Positions 18,244-27,042 of a stretch of 64,000 nt of DNA are shown here, piece after piece. Numbering within the stretch: the stretch's first letter is position 1; each line of letters begins with the position of its first letter. This DNA is from an uncultured virus (IMG/VR IMGVR_UViG_3300020458_000003). Taxonomy: Duplodnaviria > Heunggongvirae > Uroviricota > Caudoviricetes. The stretch lies in IMG/VR virus record IMGVR_UViG_3300020458_000003; one strand, given 5' to 3'. Under the pieces are notes generated by a model. The model had not been told where the DNA came from, ran no database searches, and was given only the letters and a program-made list of their open reading frames with translations. The translations under genes were made by a program, and so were the position numbers.

Positions 18244-18372
18244 TCACTTTTTCTTTTTGATTCGCCGTGCTTTGTCGCGTTCGATCTTCGTATCGACTTC
18301 GGCTTTCGGCACCTTGACCAACTTTCTGCATAGCTGGTCGAATGTTCGCCATCCTTTGGGCTTTGCGGCCAT
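18244..18372 (-). CDS. Small basic ORF downstream of the transposase
   Basis: 42 aa, MAAKPKGWRTFDQLCRKLVKVPKAEVD...KKKK; below the ORF-track cutoff. Confidence 0.65.
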   Translation of the reverse strand: MAAKPKGWRTFDQLCRKLVKVPKAEVDTKIERDKARRIKKKK

Positions 18373-18385
18373 CCTAGCGGGTTCC

Positions 18386-19354
18386 TTATTTCAGTCCCAT
18401 GAAGCCGGAATCGCCAACGGCACAGAGCGTACGCCACGTCAAACGGCGACCTACACACTGAGCCATGACGAGAGCGAATCGCTTCGCATCCGACGTTTGC
18501 CGATTGTTGAACCGGAACACTTGCTCCGCGACGTAGCGGTAAAGATGGAAGGGGGCGACGCTGACGTACGTTCCCCGGATCGACCGTTTGAGCAGACACC
18601 AGAAGTTCTCCACGCCGTTCGTGTGAACCTCGCCCATGACGTAGCACTTACTGTGGTCGATTGCCTTGTGAACGTGGGTCAACGCCAGAGGGCCGTAGGC
18701 GGTTGCCTCATCGGTAAAAACGTTAGCCCCGTACGCGACGTGTCGCCGCACTTCCGCCATCAGGGACTCAGCAGACTCCGAACCGATAACCGACGCTGTG
18801 AGCGTGCTGTGGGTGTCCTCAGTGCCGCGTTGCAAAACAGCGTGAATCGCCGTCTTGTCGGTTCCGCCACGTCCGGTGATCTTCCGCTCGCGAATGTGCT
18901 TGTGCATGTTGGCGGCTTTGCCACCGACGTAAGTGGTGTCAGCTTCGGCGGGTCCGTCCATCTTGGCGAACGTCCCGGTTTCCATCGCCTTGCGGATTCT
19001 GTGGAGCATGAACCAAGCGGTTTTCTGAGTGACGCCGATGGCTCGCCCGAGTTCGTGACTGCTGATACCGTTCTTTGCGTTGGCAATGCACCAGACCGCC
19101 ACAAACCACTTATCCAGACCGAGGGGCGAATCCTCAAAGATGGTGTCCAGCTTGTGCGAGAACTGCTTCTGGCACGCCTTGACGTTGCATTTCAGCTTGC
19201 GACGGGACTTCAGTTCGCCGATGCGATCAGAGCCGCACTTCGGGCAGATCGGCTTGCCATCGGCCCACTTGATCCGCTTCATGTACTCGTCGCAGATGTC
19301 CAAGTCCGAGAAGTAGCGGACGGCACCGACGAGAGTTGTGGGGAGTTCGTTCAT
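18386..19354 (-). CDS. IS1595-family DDE transposase
   Basis: CPKCG Zn ribbon, TIFEDS, GVTQKTAWFMLHRIR, EADTTY, FTDE, VHTNGVENFW and FRFNNR. Confidence 0.97.
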   Translation of the reverse strand: MNELPTTLVGAVRYFSDLDICDEYMKRIKWADGKPICPKCGSDRIGELKSRRKLKCNVKACQKQFSHKLDTIFEDSPLGLDKWFVAVWCIANAKNGISSHELGRAIGVTQKTAWFMLHRIRKAMETGTFAKMDGPAEADTTYVGGKAANMHKHIRERKITGRGGTDKTAIHAVLQRGTEDTHSTLTASVIGSESAESLMAEVRRHVAYGANVFTDEATAYGPLALTHVHKAIDHSKCYVMGEVHTNGVENFWCLLKRSIRGTYVSVAPFHLYRYVAEQVFRFNNRQTSDAKRFALVMAQCVGRRLTWRTLCAVGDSGFMGLK

Positions 19355-19358
19355 TGTT

Positions 19359-19679
19359 CTACTCGTCGTCCGAGTGATGGTGATAGTGCTTGTACTCTCC
19401 ATGATTCGAGAGGGCATCAAATGACTTCAGGTATGCCCTCGTTTTCTCGCGAAGCGTTTCATAGAGATAAGAAACGTCGTCGGCGAGACCAACCAAATAT
19501 TTCGGGGCATTGTCTGAGATCCAACGGAGCATTTCACCCATTGCGTTGAATCCCTCCTGACCTTCTGCGTTAACTGCCTTGCGGAGCTTCAGGTAACGAT
19601 CACCGCCGTTAGGCAAGTCGGACACGTAGGCAGCCATGATTCGCTTCGCTGATGCGTCAGTCAGTTTCCATTTAGCCAT
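19359..19679 (-). CDS. IS passenger hypothetical protein
   Basis: 106-aa ORF inside the IRs; AAGGA RBS. Confidence 0.65.
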   Translation of the reverse strand: MAKWKLTDASAKRIMAAYVSDLPNGGDRYLKLRKAVNAEGQEGFNAMGEMLRWISDNAPKYLVGLADDVSYLYETLREKTRAYLKSFDALSNHGEYKHYHHHSDDE

Positions 19680-19884
19680 CGTAATTGTCCTTTTTCATCA
19701 GCGTTAGGGCGGAATGACTTCCCTCGTGACCGTTTTCCCAGCGGACTACCCAGCGAGTCTTAACTTGCTAAACGCCTCGTTTCAATTCGCGAACGATGAC
19801 ACCAGACAAAATGGGTTTGCGGTCGCCAGTATGTGAAAATACTTCATCGCCTACAGCGAGTTTATCGAGAATGGGATTTCCCAT
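19672..19884 (-). pseudogene. IS passenger SH3/KOW-like gene with in-frame TAG
   Basis: MGNPILDKLAVGDEVF...ELKRGV*QVKTRWVVRWENGHEG...; overlaps both neighbours at start and stop; TAG at 19768-19770. Confidence 0.55.
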
Positions 19885-20120
19885 TACTCATCTCCTAGAA
19901 TATCGGAAGGAGTGTAGCCCATGCCATCGGCAACGAATTCAACATAGCTATAGATCGCGGCTTCATCGTCCACTGTCAGCGTCTTGAAGTCTTCGATTTC
20001 CGAGCAAACAGAAGTCATGATGTTTTCGACAGCGATCGCCAACTCGTTGCCTTTGCGGGCCAAGTCGTAAAGGTTAGCGGCTCGCGTTAGTAGCGTAATA
20101 TATGTTTTGCTTTCGTTCAT
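19884..20120 (-). CDS. IS passenger hypothetical protein
   Basis: 78 aa, acidic and helical; AAGGGAAG RBS. Confidence 0.65.
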   Translation of the reverse strand: MNESKTYITLLTRAANLYDLARKGNELAIAVENIMTSVCSEIEDFKTLTVDDEAAIYSYVEFVADGMGYTPSDILGDE

Positions 20121-20700
20121 GGCTCGCTTCCCTTTCTATCCCAATTGTTGCCATTATCGGTAGTGCGTCAAGTACCTAAACAGGGAATCGGGAATTATTT
20201 TGAAAGTAGTGCGTCAAGTGATTCGTTACCCAACATCACCCGGTTCGCAAGTGGTGGTTTTGGTGTGTGTGTTACGAGATTCAAATCCACCCCCTCAATT
20301 CTGGTTCCGGCAGAGTTCCCCCTTGCGGGGTTATCCAGTCCGTATTCTGGTTCCGCGATCCGTTTCGTATTCTATATGTCCGGGCTCCGCGTTCGTATTT
20401 CCGTGTGGCCTGTGGGACTTCCCCTCAGCTCATCCGGGATCCGATTCGTTATTCCGGGTTCCAGGGTCCGATACGTTCTGCGTTTCGAAGGGGTGGGTTT
20501 GAATTTCGTTTGCATGGTCCAGACTTAAGCCTGGCTTGTGGTTATCTCTGTCTCCGCAGCTTAGATGCTGTTGCACGGGCTTTGAGAGTCTGCGGGGTTT
20601 CGGTTTCGTTCCGGGCAGGCTCAGTTGTTGTGGATGCTTTCGGGTTTCCTCCTGGTGTCTCGTGTCTCCTTTGTGTTTTGTTGTTTCCTTGCCTCACAAT

Positions 20701-20731
20701 ACAATTATCACTAGGTGAGAGAACGTCAACC
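20701..20731 (-). promoter_or_regulatory. Repeated promoter motif GGTTGACG-N16-TAATTGT (copy 1)
   Basis: Same motif and spacing at 6 sites. Confidence 0.8.
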
Positions 20732-20980
20732 ACATTTTTCGATGATTTTATTAGAACTCATCTAAAGACACTCAATGAATACACCAGTCTGCTACGACAT
20801 TGGCTACAGCCAAGACAGAGCGACGTCTGAGTCGTACCTCTTCGCTTTGGATGATGACAGGAACGAGGACGAACTGTCAGAACTGCCAGAAGGCTTTTGT
20901 CAGTTTTGGCAGTGGAGTCTGGAGGGGGTACTGAGGAAATTCCTGGGTTGATCAGTTTGCTGCGTGAATTTGCAGCGGCA

Positions 20981-21463
20981 TACACGAAGCCAAAGCCGGC
21001 CTGACATTTGTCCGGCCGTTGTCTCCCCAAGACTTCTTTGCCGCAATTCGTGGGTTCGCGAACGTTCGCGAACGGGGTCGCGTGCGCGCACTAATTAGTA
21101 CATCTATTGTGCGCGCGCACTAATTAGTGCATCTATTGTGCGCGCGCAGTCGGAGAGAGCTGGCACCCTCCAGACGGAAAGCCATGTACACGAAGCCAAA
21201 GCCGGCCTGACATTTGTCCGGCCGTTGTCTCCCCAAGACTAGCCATCGGTCGCAGACTTGCGCGACGGTCAAGGACTGTTTAGTCATCTCCTGCTCAACA
21301 AGAACGAAAAAAGGCAGCCTGGCGCACAGCAGGCCGCCTTTTAAGCGGTGGTCAACGTCCTGCGCAGGCATTTCTCCTTTGAGTCGCGTGCGCGCACTAA
21401 TTAGTGCATCTATTGTGCGCGCAGTCGGAGAGAGCTGGCACCCTCCAGACGGAAAGCCATGTA
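20981..21463. repeat. Mosaic direct repeats with GCACTAATTAGTGC palindromes
   Basis: 54 bp identical at 20981-21034 and 21187-21240; about 80 bp at ~21110-21188 and 21383-21463. Confidence 0.95.
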
Positions 21464-21651
21464 GCCGAGCCAGACGGTGGATGCGAGCCAGAATACAGAC
21501 AGTGCGATCATCATTGTTCTCCCTTCGTTCAAACTCCGAAATACTCGACAAAGAGTTCGCCTAATTCGCGGTCAGATACGCATGTGTCGGGGTGCTGCGT
21601 CAGTTCCAGGCGGGCGAGTTTCCCCGCCCGCCCCGTGATAGTAAGAGCCTC

Positions 21652-21906
21652 CTAGATTATTTCTGCTTGGTGGTGGAACAGTTCCCGAATCACTCGCGCG
21701 CCCTTGTTCGTGTCGGCGTAATAGTCTCTGGACAGGTGCGCCACAATCTTGACGCACTCAGATACAGCTTCGCCGATGTCTTCGGCTGTAAATCCGTATT
21801 CGGACGCGTTATCGTCTACCGCGGCTTCCCAGCCTCCGGTTACAGGATCTTGCGAGACTGTGATCGGTACGCCGCTGTCGCAGTGTTGGACGCTGACTTT
21901 TTTCAT
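21652..21906 (-). CDS. Small early hypothetical protein
   Basis: GGAG RBS; colinear small-gene array. Confidence 0.6.
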   Translation of the reverse strand: MKKVSVQHCDSGVPITVSQDPVTGGWEAAVDDNASEYGFTAEDIGEAVSECVKIVAHLSRDYYADTNKGARVIRELFHHQAEII

Positions 21907-21927
21907 TGTTCTGGCTCCGGTGGTTGG

Positions 21928-22161
21928 TTAGTAGTTGAGCGTGTCGGTTATCTCGAAGACTTCGGCACCCGCGAAATGCTTGGCGGCTCGTTCGGCACCC
22001 TTGCGGGTTTTCCATTCGCGGTGCTGGTAGGCTCCTATCCCGACAAATTTTGCCGAGATAAATTCTTTGCTGAGAATCTGAATTTTGGTTGTCTTGCCGT
22101 ACGAAGTACTCGACCAGATGGTCTTTTTCAGTCCAAATGTCATGGCTGTCCCGGTTCTCAT
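21928..22161 (-). CDS. Small early hypothetical protein
   Basis: WKTRKGAERAA motif; ATGA overlap. Confidence 0.6.
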   Translation of the reverse strand: MRTGTAMTFGLKKTIWSSTSYGKTTKIQILSKEFISAKFVGIGAYQHREWKTRKGAERAAKHFAGAEVFEITDTLNY

Positions 22162-22367
22162 CGTTCATTCTCCTGTCGGATGTTAGTGGGTTGCGTTTGT
22201 ATATCAGTCTCGCACATGGACACCACCACCTCTTCCGGTGTGCCGTCTCCCCTCTCGCAAGCCTGCTGGAAGATGTCAAACTGATCTGGAGTGAATCGAA
22301 GGCTGCAAAAGATCAGCTCGGTGTCGTAGTATCCGAGCTGTGTCAGGATATCGCGTTCGGTTGTCAT
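22158..22367 (-). CDS. Small early hypothetical protein
   Basis: AGGAG RBS. Confidence 0.55.
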   Translation of the reverse strand: MTTERDILTQLGYYDTELIFCSLRFTPDQFDIFQQACERGDGTPEEVVVSMCETDIQTQPTNIRQENER

Positions 22368-22372
22368 CTGTG

Positions 22373-22720
22373 TCAGTCTCCTGTGTATTCCTCAGCCTCA
22401 TTCATCTGCTCAACGCAGTCCTCCAGGTAACTGTCCCACTCGTCCTGTACCGCAGTACGTACGATACGGTCCAGCAGCTCGAACCACTCTGGGTGGCCAG
22501 GGCGGATCTCTGTGTCGTCCTCACGGCCCATCGCTGTCACCTCCACCTCAGTCAGTTCGATCGTGGGGGGTGAGCCAGGGTAGCCTGACCCGTCCCGGTA
22601 ATACATGACCATTTTCTCGCCTGGGTGAGCGTCAAAGTGGAGTGTGAAATCGACCCAGATCTGACCCGCTCGCCCGAGCTCTTCCCGCGTGCAGTCCAAT
22701 GTGCTCCTGGTGGTTGGCAT
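22373..22720 (-). CDS. Small acidic early protein
   Basis: First gene after promoter copy 2; DGSGYPGSPP motif. Confidence 0.65.
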   Translation of the reverse strand: MPTTRSTLDCTREELGRAGQIWVDFTLHFDAHPGEKMVMYYRDGSGYPGSPPTIELTEVEVTAMGREDDTEIRPGHPEWFELLDRIVRTAVQDEWDSYLEDCVEQMNEAEEYTGD

Positions 22721-22767
22721 TGCCGTTTCCTTCTGTGTTTTGGTTGTTTTTTTTCTCTCACCACAAG

Positions 22768-22798
22768 ACAATTAGCACCGAGCAGCCAGTCGTCAACC
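22768..22798 (-). promoter_or_regulatory. Repeated promoter motif (copy 2)
   Basis: GGTTGACG-N16-TAATTGT. Confidence 0.8.
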
Positions 22799-22829
22799 AC
22801 TTTTTCCAGAGGGGCACATCATGGGATCC

Positions 22830-23018
22830 ATGGGGCACAAAACTCGTGATCCGACTCCGTCGGAAATCAAGAAACTCTGTGCGGAGTTCCAGGCGAGATG
22901 GACGCCACTAGAGATGAAAAATCGCACAGGGACCGACGAGCCGACATGGTCACCACCGTCGTGCAGCGTGGACGAAGAGGAGGGGAGCCCCGAGGCAGGG
23001 CCACCAACTCGATCCTAG
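22830..23018 (+). CDS. Small DPTP-motif protein
   Basis: DPTPSEIKKLCAEFQARW, resembling a small planctomycete family (from memory). Confidence 0.6.
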   Translation: MGHKTRDPTPSEIKKLCAEFQARWTPLEMKNRTGTDEPTWSPPSCSVDEEEGSPEAGPPTRS

Positions 23019-23320
23019 CCCTCGATTCCGCAAGCTCTCAGCGTCTGGACAGACCAGTCAGGACGACACAGGCAGATCTCTATGGCCCACTGCTGCTCTT
23101 CGTTCGAGAACGGCAGGTTCTCGTCGACACATCCACCGCAGCTTGTCGTCAGGATCCGACGGAGGAGGTCCTTGGACGACGCGAGTCTGTCTAGAGTGAC
23201 TGGCATTTCCACCCTCTCCACAAGAACATCAAGCCTGTCGCTCAACTCCGTGATTCGACTGCGGAGTTGCCGAAGATCTTCGGCAACCACCGGAATATCG
23301 TGCAATGGTTTGCGTTTCAT
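23015..23320 (-). CDS. Hypothetical protein
   Basis: Coiled-coil N-terminal half; AAAGGGG RBS. Confidence 0.55.
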   Translation of the reverse strand: MKRKPLHDIPVVAEDLRQLRSRITELSDRLDVLVERVEMPVTLDRLASSKDLLRRILTTSCGGCVDENLPFSNEEQQWAIEICLCRPDWSVQTLRACGIEG

Positions 23321-23340
23321 CTAGTCATGCCCCTTTGTTT

Positions 23341-23754
23341 TTAGTCAGTCTCGGTCGTGGGGTCCTCGTTGAATACTCGACACAGCATCCATCTCGATGT
23401 GTCGCGGGCGTCATCCTCATCGGGGGTGAAATAGTCCGCTGCAGCGATCCGGCGACCATCCGCGCCGTATGCCTTCACGTGATACTCTCCATCAGCTCGG
23501 GTGATGGTCGTTCGAATGACAATATCTCGATTTTCCAGGCAGCCCGGCGACCCGGTTGGTGTCTGGTCAAAATCCCGCAGCAATTTTTCCTGCCGCGATT
23601 TCCAGCGAGGATCCGACTCGTCGATCCCATCGACCTCGGTAATCCTAGACCACTCACGATTGAGGAGCTGTAATTGCTCACCGCTGTATCCCTGAGTGTT
23701 GTCGGCCCGGAAGATGTTTTCGTTTTGAGATTTCATTCTTTGGATCCTTTTCAT
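23341..23754 (-). CDS. Hypothetical early protein
   Basis: DNTQGYSGEQLQLLN and AADYFT.D..DA motifs; looks like two fused small domains. Confidence 0.6.
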   Translation of the reverse strand: MKRIQRMKSQNENIFRADNTQGYSGEQLQLLNREWSRITEVDGIDESDPRWKSRQEKLLRDFDQTPTGSPGCLENRDIVIRTTITRADGEYHVKAYGADGRRIAAADYFTPDEDDARDTSRWMLCRVFNEDPTTETD

Positions 23755-24017
23755 GTGATTGAGAGGCGAGAACAGTCCAAGATAATTCGATTTCCGCTGT
23801 CGGCTACTTGCTTTCCACGTGTGCCGACCTCACCTGAGCAAGTGCAGTCGTCGATGCCACACAGTTCTCGCTTGGCTCGTTTGATTTGGTTTCGGGACAA
23901 TCGCAACGTTACTTCCCCATGGATATGCTGCAGTCCCGTTGTGCGGACACGAACCTCGGTGTGGTGGAAGTCGTTTTGCAGGGTGTAGGTCGTGGCCATG
24001 TGTGTTTTTTTCGTCAT
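23751..24017 (-). CDS. Hypothetical early protein
   Basis: Follows a leader copy; LQNDFHHTEV...LCGIDDCTCSG. Confidence 0.65.
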   Translation of the reverse strand: MTKKTHMATTYTLQNDFHHTEVRVRTTGLQHIHGEVTLRLSRNQIKRAKRELCGIDDCTCSGEVGTRGKQVADSGNRIILDCSRLSIT

Positions 24018-24052
24018 CTTTGTTCTGTCCTTTTTGTTTTGGTTGTCTTCTC

Positions 24053-24256
24053 TTACCACAGGGCTTTTTTTTCTCCGAGCTCGACGGCAATCCTCCACAG
24101 TCTCTGGACCGTCGAAACGAGTTCGCCGATCTCGCATTCCTCAAAATCGTCGAGGTCAATCGAAAACGTGACTTTCCTGTGCGGAGTGACGATGTCATAC
24201 CGCATCGAGCCGCGCGGGTCTGTTGTGATGTCGACGTATCTATCGGGATCATCCAT
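24053..24256 (-). CDS. Small hypothetical protein
   Basis: Colinear ORF overlapping its upstream neighbour. Confidence 0.5.
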   Translation of the reverse strand: MDDPDRYVDITTDPRGSMRYDIVTPHRKVTFSIDLDDFEECEIGELVSTVQRLWRIAVELGEKKALW

Positions 24257-24521
24257 GTTGATTCAATTCACGATGGCCTAGACGCCTGGGTCCCCGCACG
24301 GCATCGCCGTCGGCAGTGATGGTCACGTCCTGGGAGACGCACAGTTCTCTATCGCCATCCTCGATCCAGCAGACCGCGTCGTACTCTCCGTCACTGTCGG
24401 GCCATCCAGATTCTGCGTATTCCAACATCTCTTCCAGAGCTGCATCGGACGAATCGGCAAGAATTGGAATCTCGTCGTCTTCTTGGCCGATGGTGTTTCC
24501 CAGTTTTCCGGTGTACCACAT
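24249..24521 (-). CDS. Small acidic hypothetical protein
   Basis: GGAGAAGGA RBS. Confidence 0.6.
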   Translation of the reverse strand: MWYTGKLGNTIGQEDDEIPILADSSDAALEEMLEYAESGWPDSDGEYDAVCWIEDGDRELCVSQDVTITADGDAVRGPRRLGHRELNQHG

Positions 24522-24545
24522 GGTTCCTTCTCCGTTTCGATTTGT

Positions 24546-24830
24546 TTAATTCGATCTTCGACCTGAAACTATGGGATGAAGTTCGCCATTCACAACAATT
24601 CCCGCCTGACGTTCTTCATCCGTTGGCGGACGGTTACTTTGAATCGTATTGAGTTCAAACTTGTTCTCTTTACGCAACCGGTATAGTTCCGCGTCGAACT
24701 GGTCCTTCGCGAACTCGCTCAACTCTCGACGCAGGTCTACCAGGTTAACCCAGTTGTAACGGTTTTTGTTTAAGCGATTGAACGCCTCAGTAAACCGATC
24801 CTCGAAGGTTTCCGGTGTGGCTGCCTGCAT
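24546..24830 (-). CDS. Small winged-helix-like protein
   Basis: WVNLVDLRREL....DQFDAELYRLR; first gene after promoter copy 3. Confidence 0.65.
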   Translation of the reverse strand: MQAATPETFEDRFTEAFNRLNKNRYNWVNLVDLRRELSEFAKDQFDAELYRLRKENKFELNTIQSNRPPTDEERQAGIVVNGELHPIVSGRRSN

Positions 24831-24872
24831 TGTTCTGTCCTTCTTGTTTTGGTTGTCTTCTCTCGCCACCAG

Positions 24873-24903
24873 ACAATTAGCACCAAGTGATAAATCGTCA
24901 ACC
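24873..24903 (-). promoter_or_regulatory. Repeated promoter motif (copy 3)
   Basis: GGTTGACG-N16-TAATTGT plus shared leader. Confidence 0.8.
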
Positions 24904-24930
24904 AACTCTTTGAAAAAGAGTCTCATGCTC

Positions 24931-25146
24931 TCACTCTCCCAGAGTGTAGTCGGCTGGGATTGCGATAGATGGAACCTCGGCTAGTACCTCACGTACCGTG
25001 TGTTCGTGGATGGACGGATTGCCGTTAGCCTCGTATGGATGCAGCAGGTGAAGCCAGTGCGCGCCGCAGTCGTCTGGGGAGTACTCGTACTCTGTGATCA
25101 GTGGGTGTTTAGCTGCCAGCTGTTCCAGTGTGCGGCTTCTAGTCAT
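24931..25146 (-). CDS. Small hypothetical protein
   Basis: GAGGAG RBS; SIHEHTVREVL. Confidence 0.6.
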   Translation of the reverse strand: MTRSRTLEQLAAKHPLITEYEYSPDDCGAHWLHLLHPYEANGNPSIHEHTVREVLAEVPSIAIPADYTLGE

Positions 25147-25309
25147 TGTTTCAGGTCTCCTCTTGTTTGGGTCATTCGCATCGAAAGATTCCTTATGAAA
25201 CTGAAATCCAACAGGATACGTGAATCAGTAACATCGAAGACAACCAAAGCACTTCTGTGCGCGTCATGGGTCCCGCCTCCCTTATTGTGTCGTGGTTTCC
25301 TTCCGCCAG

Positions 25310-25340
25310 ACAATTAGCAACCAGTCAACGATCGTCAACC
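25310..25340 (-). promoter_or_regulatory. Repeated promoter motif (copy 4)
   Basis: GGTTGACG-N16-TAATTGT. Confidence 0.8.
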
Positions 25341-25403
25341 AACCAAATCATTCTTTGATCCAATAGCCGTAAACGCACCGTTTGCCACCCCGGCTACACG
25401 ACT

Positions 25404-26429
25404 TTAAAAAAGAGTGAGTTGCGGAGACACGGTTTTAGCTACCGGATCAGCAACGTCGACAGGCGGCAGAGCTCCGGAGCTAAGCCCGATAGTTGCCGTG
25501 GCTGTCGGGTCTGTGGTCATCCACTCGGCCCATGTGGTTTTTCCATGCAGCCCTCGGTACGGTTCAAATTCTTCGCGTCGGAACGACGGACCAGCTTGGA
25601 ACCGTTCCTCTAGGGCCAGCGCGAACGCGATGTTTTCAGGTTCCTCGATGGCCATTGTTTTGAGTTCGCACAGCTTCGAGACTGGACAAAAAAAACAGGC
25701 TGATTTTCCCGGCCTTGGAAGTCCAGCAGCGTCGATCGACTCCAGGCAAGATTGGCGGTCCATGCCGTAATCGATCAGCGGGTACCACTGCTGGTAATCG
25801 TCTGTATTGTCGGGCGTGTAACGGCTGCTCCGCTTGTCTTCGGCCGCTTCGTATCCAATGGCCTCGGTAACTCTTGTGCCCTTTCGTGTGGCCACTTCGT
25901 GGTCTTCCCAGAGCCATCCGAGTAACTGTTGATATTTCCGTTGTGGTTCGAGCTTCCACGAGATCGAACAGCTGTGATTTCGATGGAAGGCCGGGCTAGG
26001 GAGCTGTTGAGTGTGCCAGGTCTGTTCGGCTAATGACCTATGCCCAGCCTTGGGGCAGCGACGGCGAACAATCACGATTGGAGGAAATCCAACCGATTGA
26101 CACCAAGCCTGGATCACATTGAAGGCGCGATAGGTGTGGGCCCTCTCGCTTCCCGTGTCTGCCCACTGGATGCAATCGGGACGGATGCCACGGCGATGCA
26201 ATTCGATCAGCATTGCCCAGGAGTCGACTCCGTTACCGAAGGCCACAACCAGTCTTTGGTTGTCGTGGTCGGGTCGTGGGTAGTCCTCGGGTGCTATTGT
26301 GGCTTCCAGGCTGTTCATGCGGCGCCGCTTCACCGGGACCAGTCCAGCCGCGCGGGTTAGCGTGTGGCCGCCGACGTCGTAACGTTCGAGTTTGATTGTC
26401 TGATAAAGTTTGGGGTCGATGGGCGGCAT
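25404..26429 (-). CDS. PAPS-reductase-like PP-loop protein
   Basis: VVAFGNGVDS, WADTGSE, CSISWK, YPLID and PGKSACFFCP; ends in QLTLF; probable start ATG 26429 after GGAG. Confidence 0.85.
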   Translation of the reverse strand: MPPIDPKLYQTIKLERYDVGGHTLTRAAGLVPVKRRRMNSLEATIAPEDYPRPDHDNQRLVVAFGNGVDSWAMLIELHRRGIRPDCIQWADTGSERAHTYRAFNVIQAWCQSVGFPPIVIVRRRCPKAGHRSLAEQTWHTQQLPSPAFHRNHSCSISWKLEPQRKYQQLLGWLWEDHEVATRKGTRVTEAIGYEAAEDKRSSRYTPDNTDDYQQWYPLIDYGMDRQSCLESIDAAGLPRPGKSACFFCPVSKLCELKTMAIEEPENIAFALALEERFQAGPSFRREEFEPYRGLHGKTTWAEWMTTDPTATATIGLSSGALPPVDVADPVAKTVSPQLTLF

Positions 26430-26523
26430 CGTGGCTCCAGCCGGGTCTAGGGTGTGTCGATGGTCAGTCAACAGATTTGATTGATCGGCAGCGTATCGGG
26501 CCGTGGAAAGAAAATCGTGGTTA

Positions 26524-26931
26524 CTACTGCTGGGCATCGTCGGAATCCTCCTCCGAGAGAATCGCATCAGTGTCGAGATCCAGGTGCGCGTGACGCATCC
26601 GACGAGGATTGTATACACGGAGCACTCTCCGGCCCGATTTAGACCGCCCTGGCAGCTCGGTTCCAGAGCTGGCCGGGACCCAGGCGTCCAGGCCATCGTG
26701 TACAGCCCGGGCAAACTCTGCTTGTCCCCGTGCTACCTTCTGTCCGGTACGAATCCCCTCTACCATCCGGAGGATGGTCCGAGCAAAACGGACCGTGCAT
26801 TCGATCCAGTCCGACAGTTGTTTCGCCGTCACGTCGCCGCCGTGGTGATCCTCGCAGGACCTCACCGCGTCGAGCAACTCCGGAGTTGTCATGCAGATGT
26901 TCGTTGCGTTGCTGGCGGTAGTAGTCCTCAT
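26524..26931 (-). CDS. Hypothetical early protein
   Basis: First gene after promoter copy 5. Confidence 0.6.
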   Translation of the reverse strand: MRTTTASNATNICMTTPELLDAVRSCEDHHGGDVTAKQLSDWIECTVRFARTILRMVEGIRTGQKVARGQAEFARAVHDGLDAWVPASSGTELPGRSKSGRRVLRVYNPRRMRHAHLDLDTDAILSEEDSDDAQQ

Positions 26932-26989
26932 TGTTCTTTCCCTGTTTGGCTGGGTTTGGCTGGTGTTGTTTGCCTTCCGTCCTCACAAT

Positions 26990-27020
26990 ACAATTAACAC
27001 CAAGTGATAAATCGTCAACC
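26990..27020 (-). promoter_or_regulatory. Repeated promoter motif (copy 5)
   Basis: GGTTGACG-N16-TAATTGT. Confidence 0.8.
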
Positions 27021-27042
27021 ATATTTCTAGAGGATTTCTAAC

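Larger units (their letters stand above)
18191..20230 (-). mobile_element. IS1595-family element (2040 bp) with passenger genes
   Basis: 25-bp terminal IRs at 18191-18215 and 20206-20230 (1 mismatch); 8-bp direct repeat CAACATCA at 18183-18190 and 20231-20238. Confidence 0.95.
18142..20247 (+). pseudogene. hsdM: Short type I R-M HsdM fragment split by the IS
   Basis: GTVWAICNMNMILHNI (18142-18189); after removing the IS and one TSD copy it continues TRF. Confidence 0.6.

Noticed and set aside
18236..19549. 437-aa plus-strand ORF
   Set aside because: Antisense shadow of the IS1595 transposase.
12099..19770. Genome-wide stop-codon reassignment
   Set aside because: The two internal stops are different codons (TGA and TAG), and both codons end many clear genes normally.
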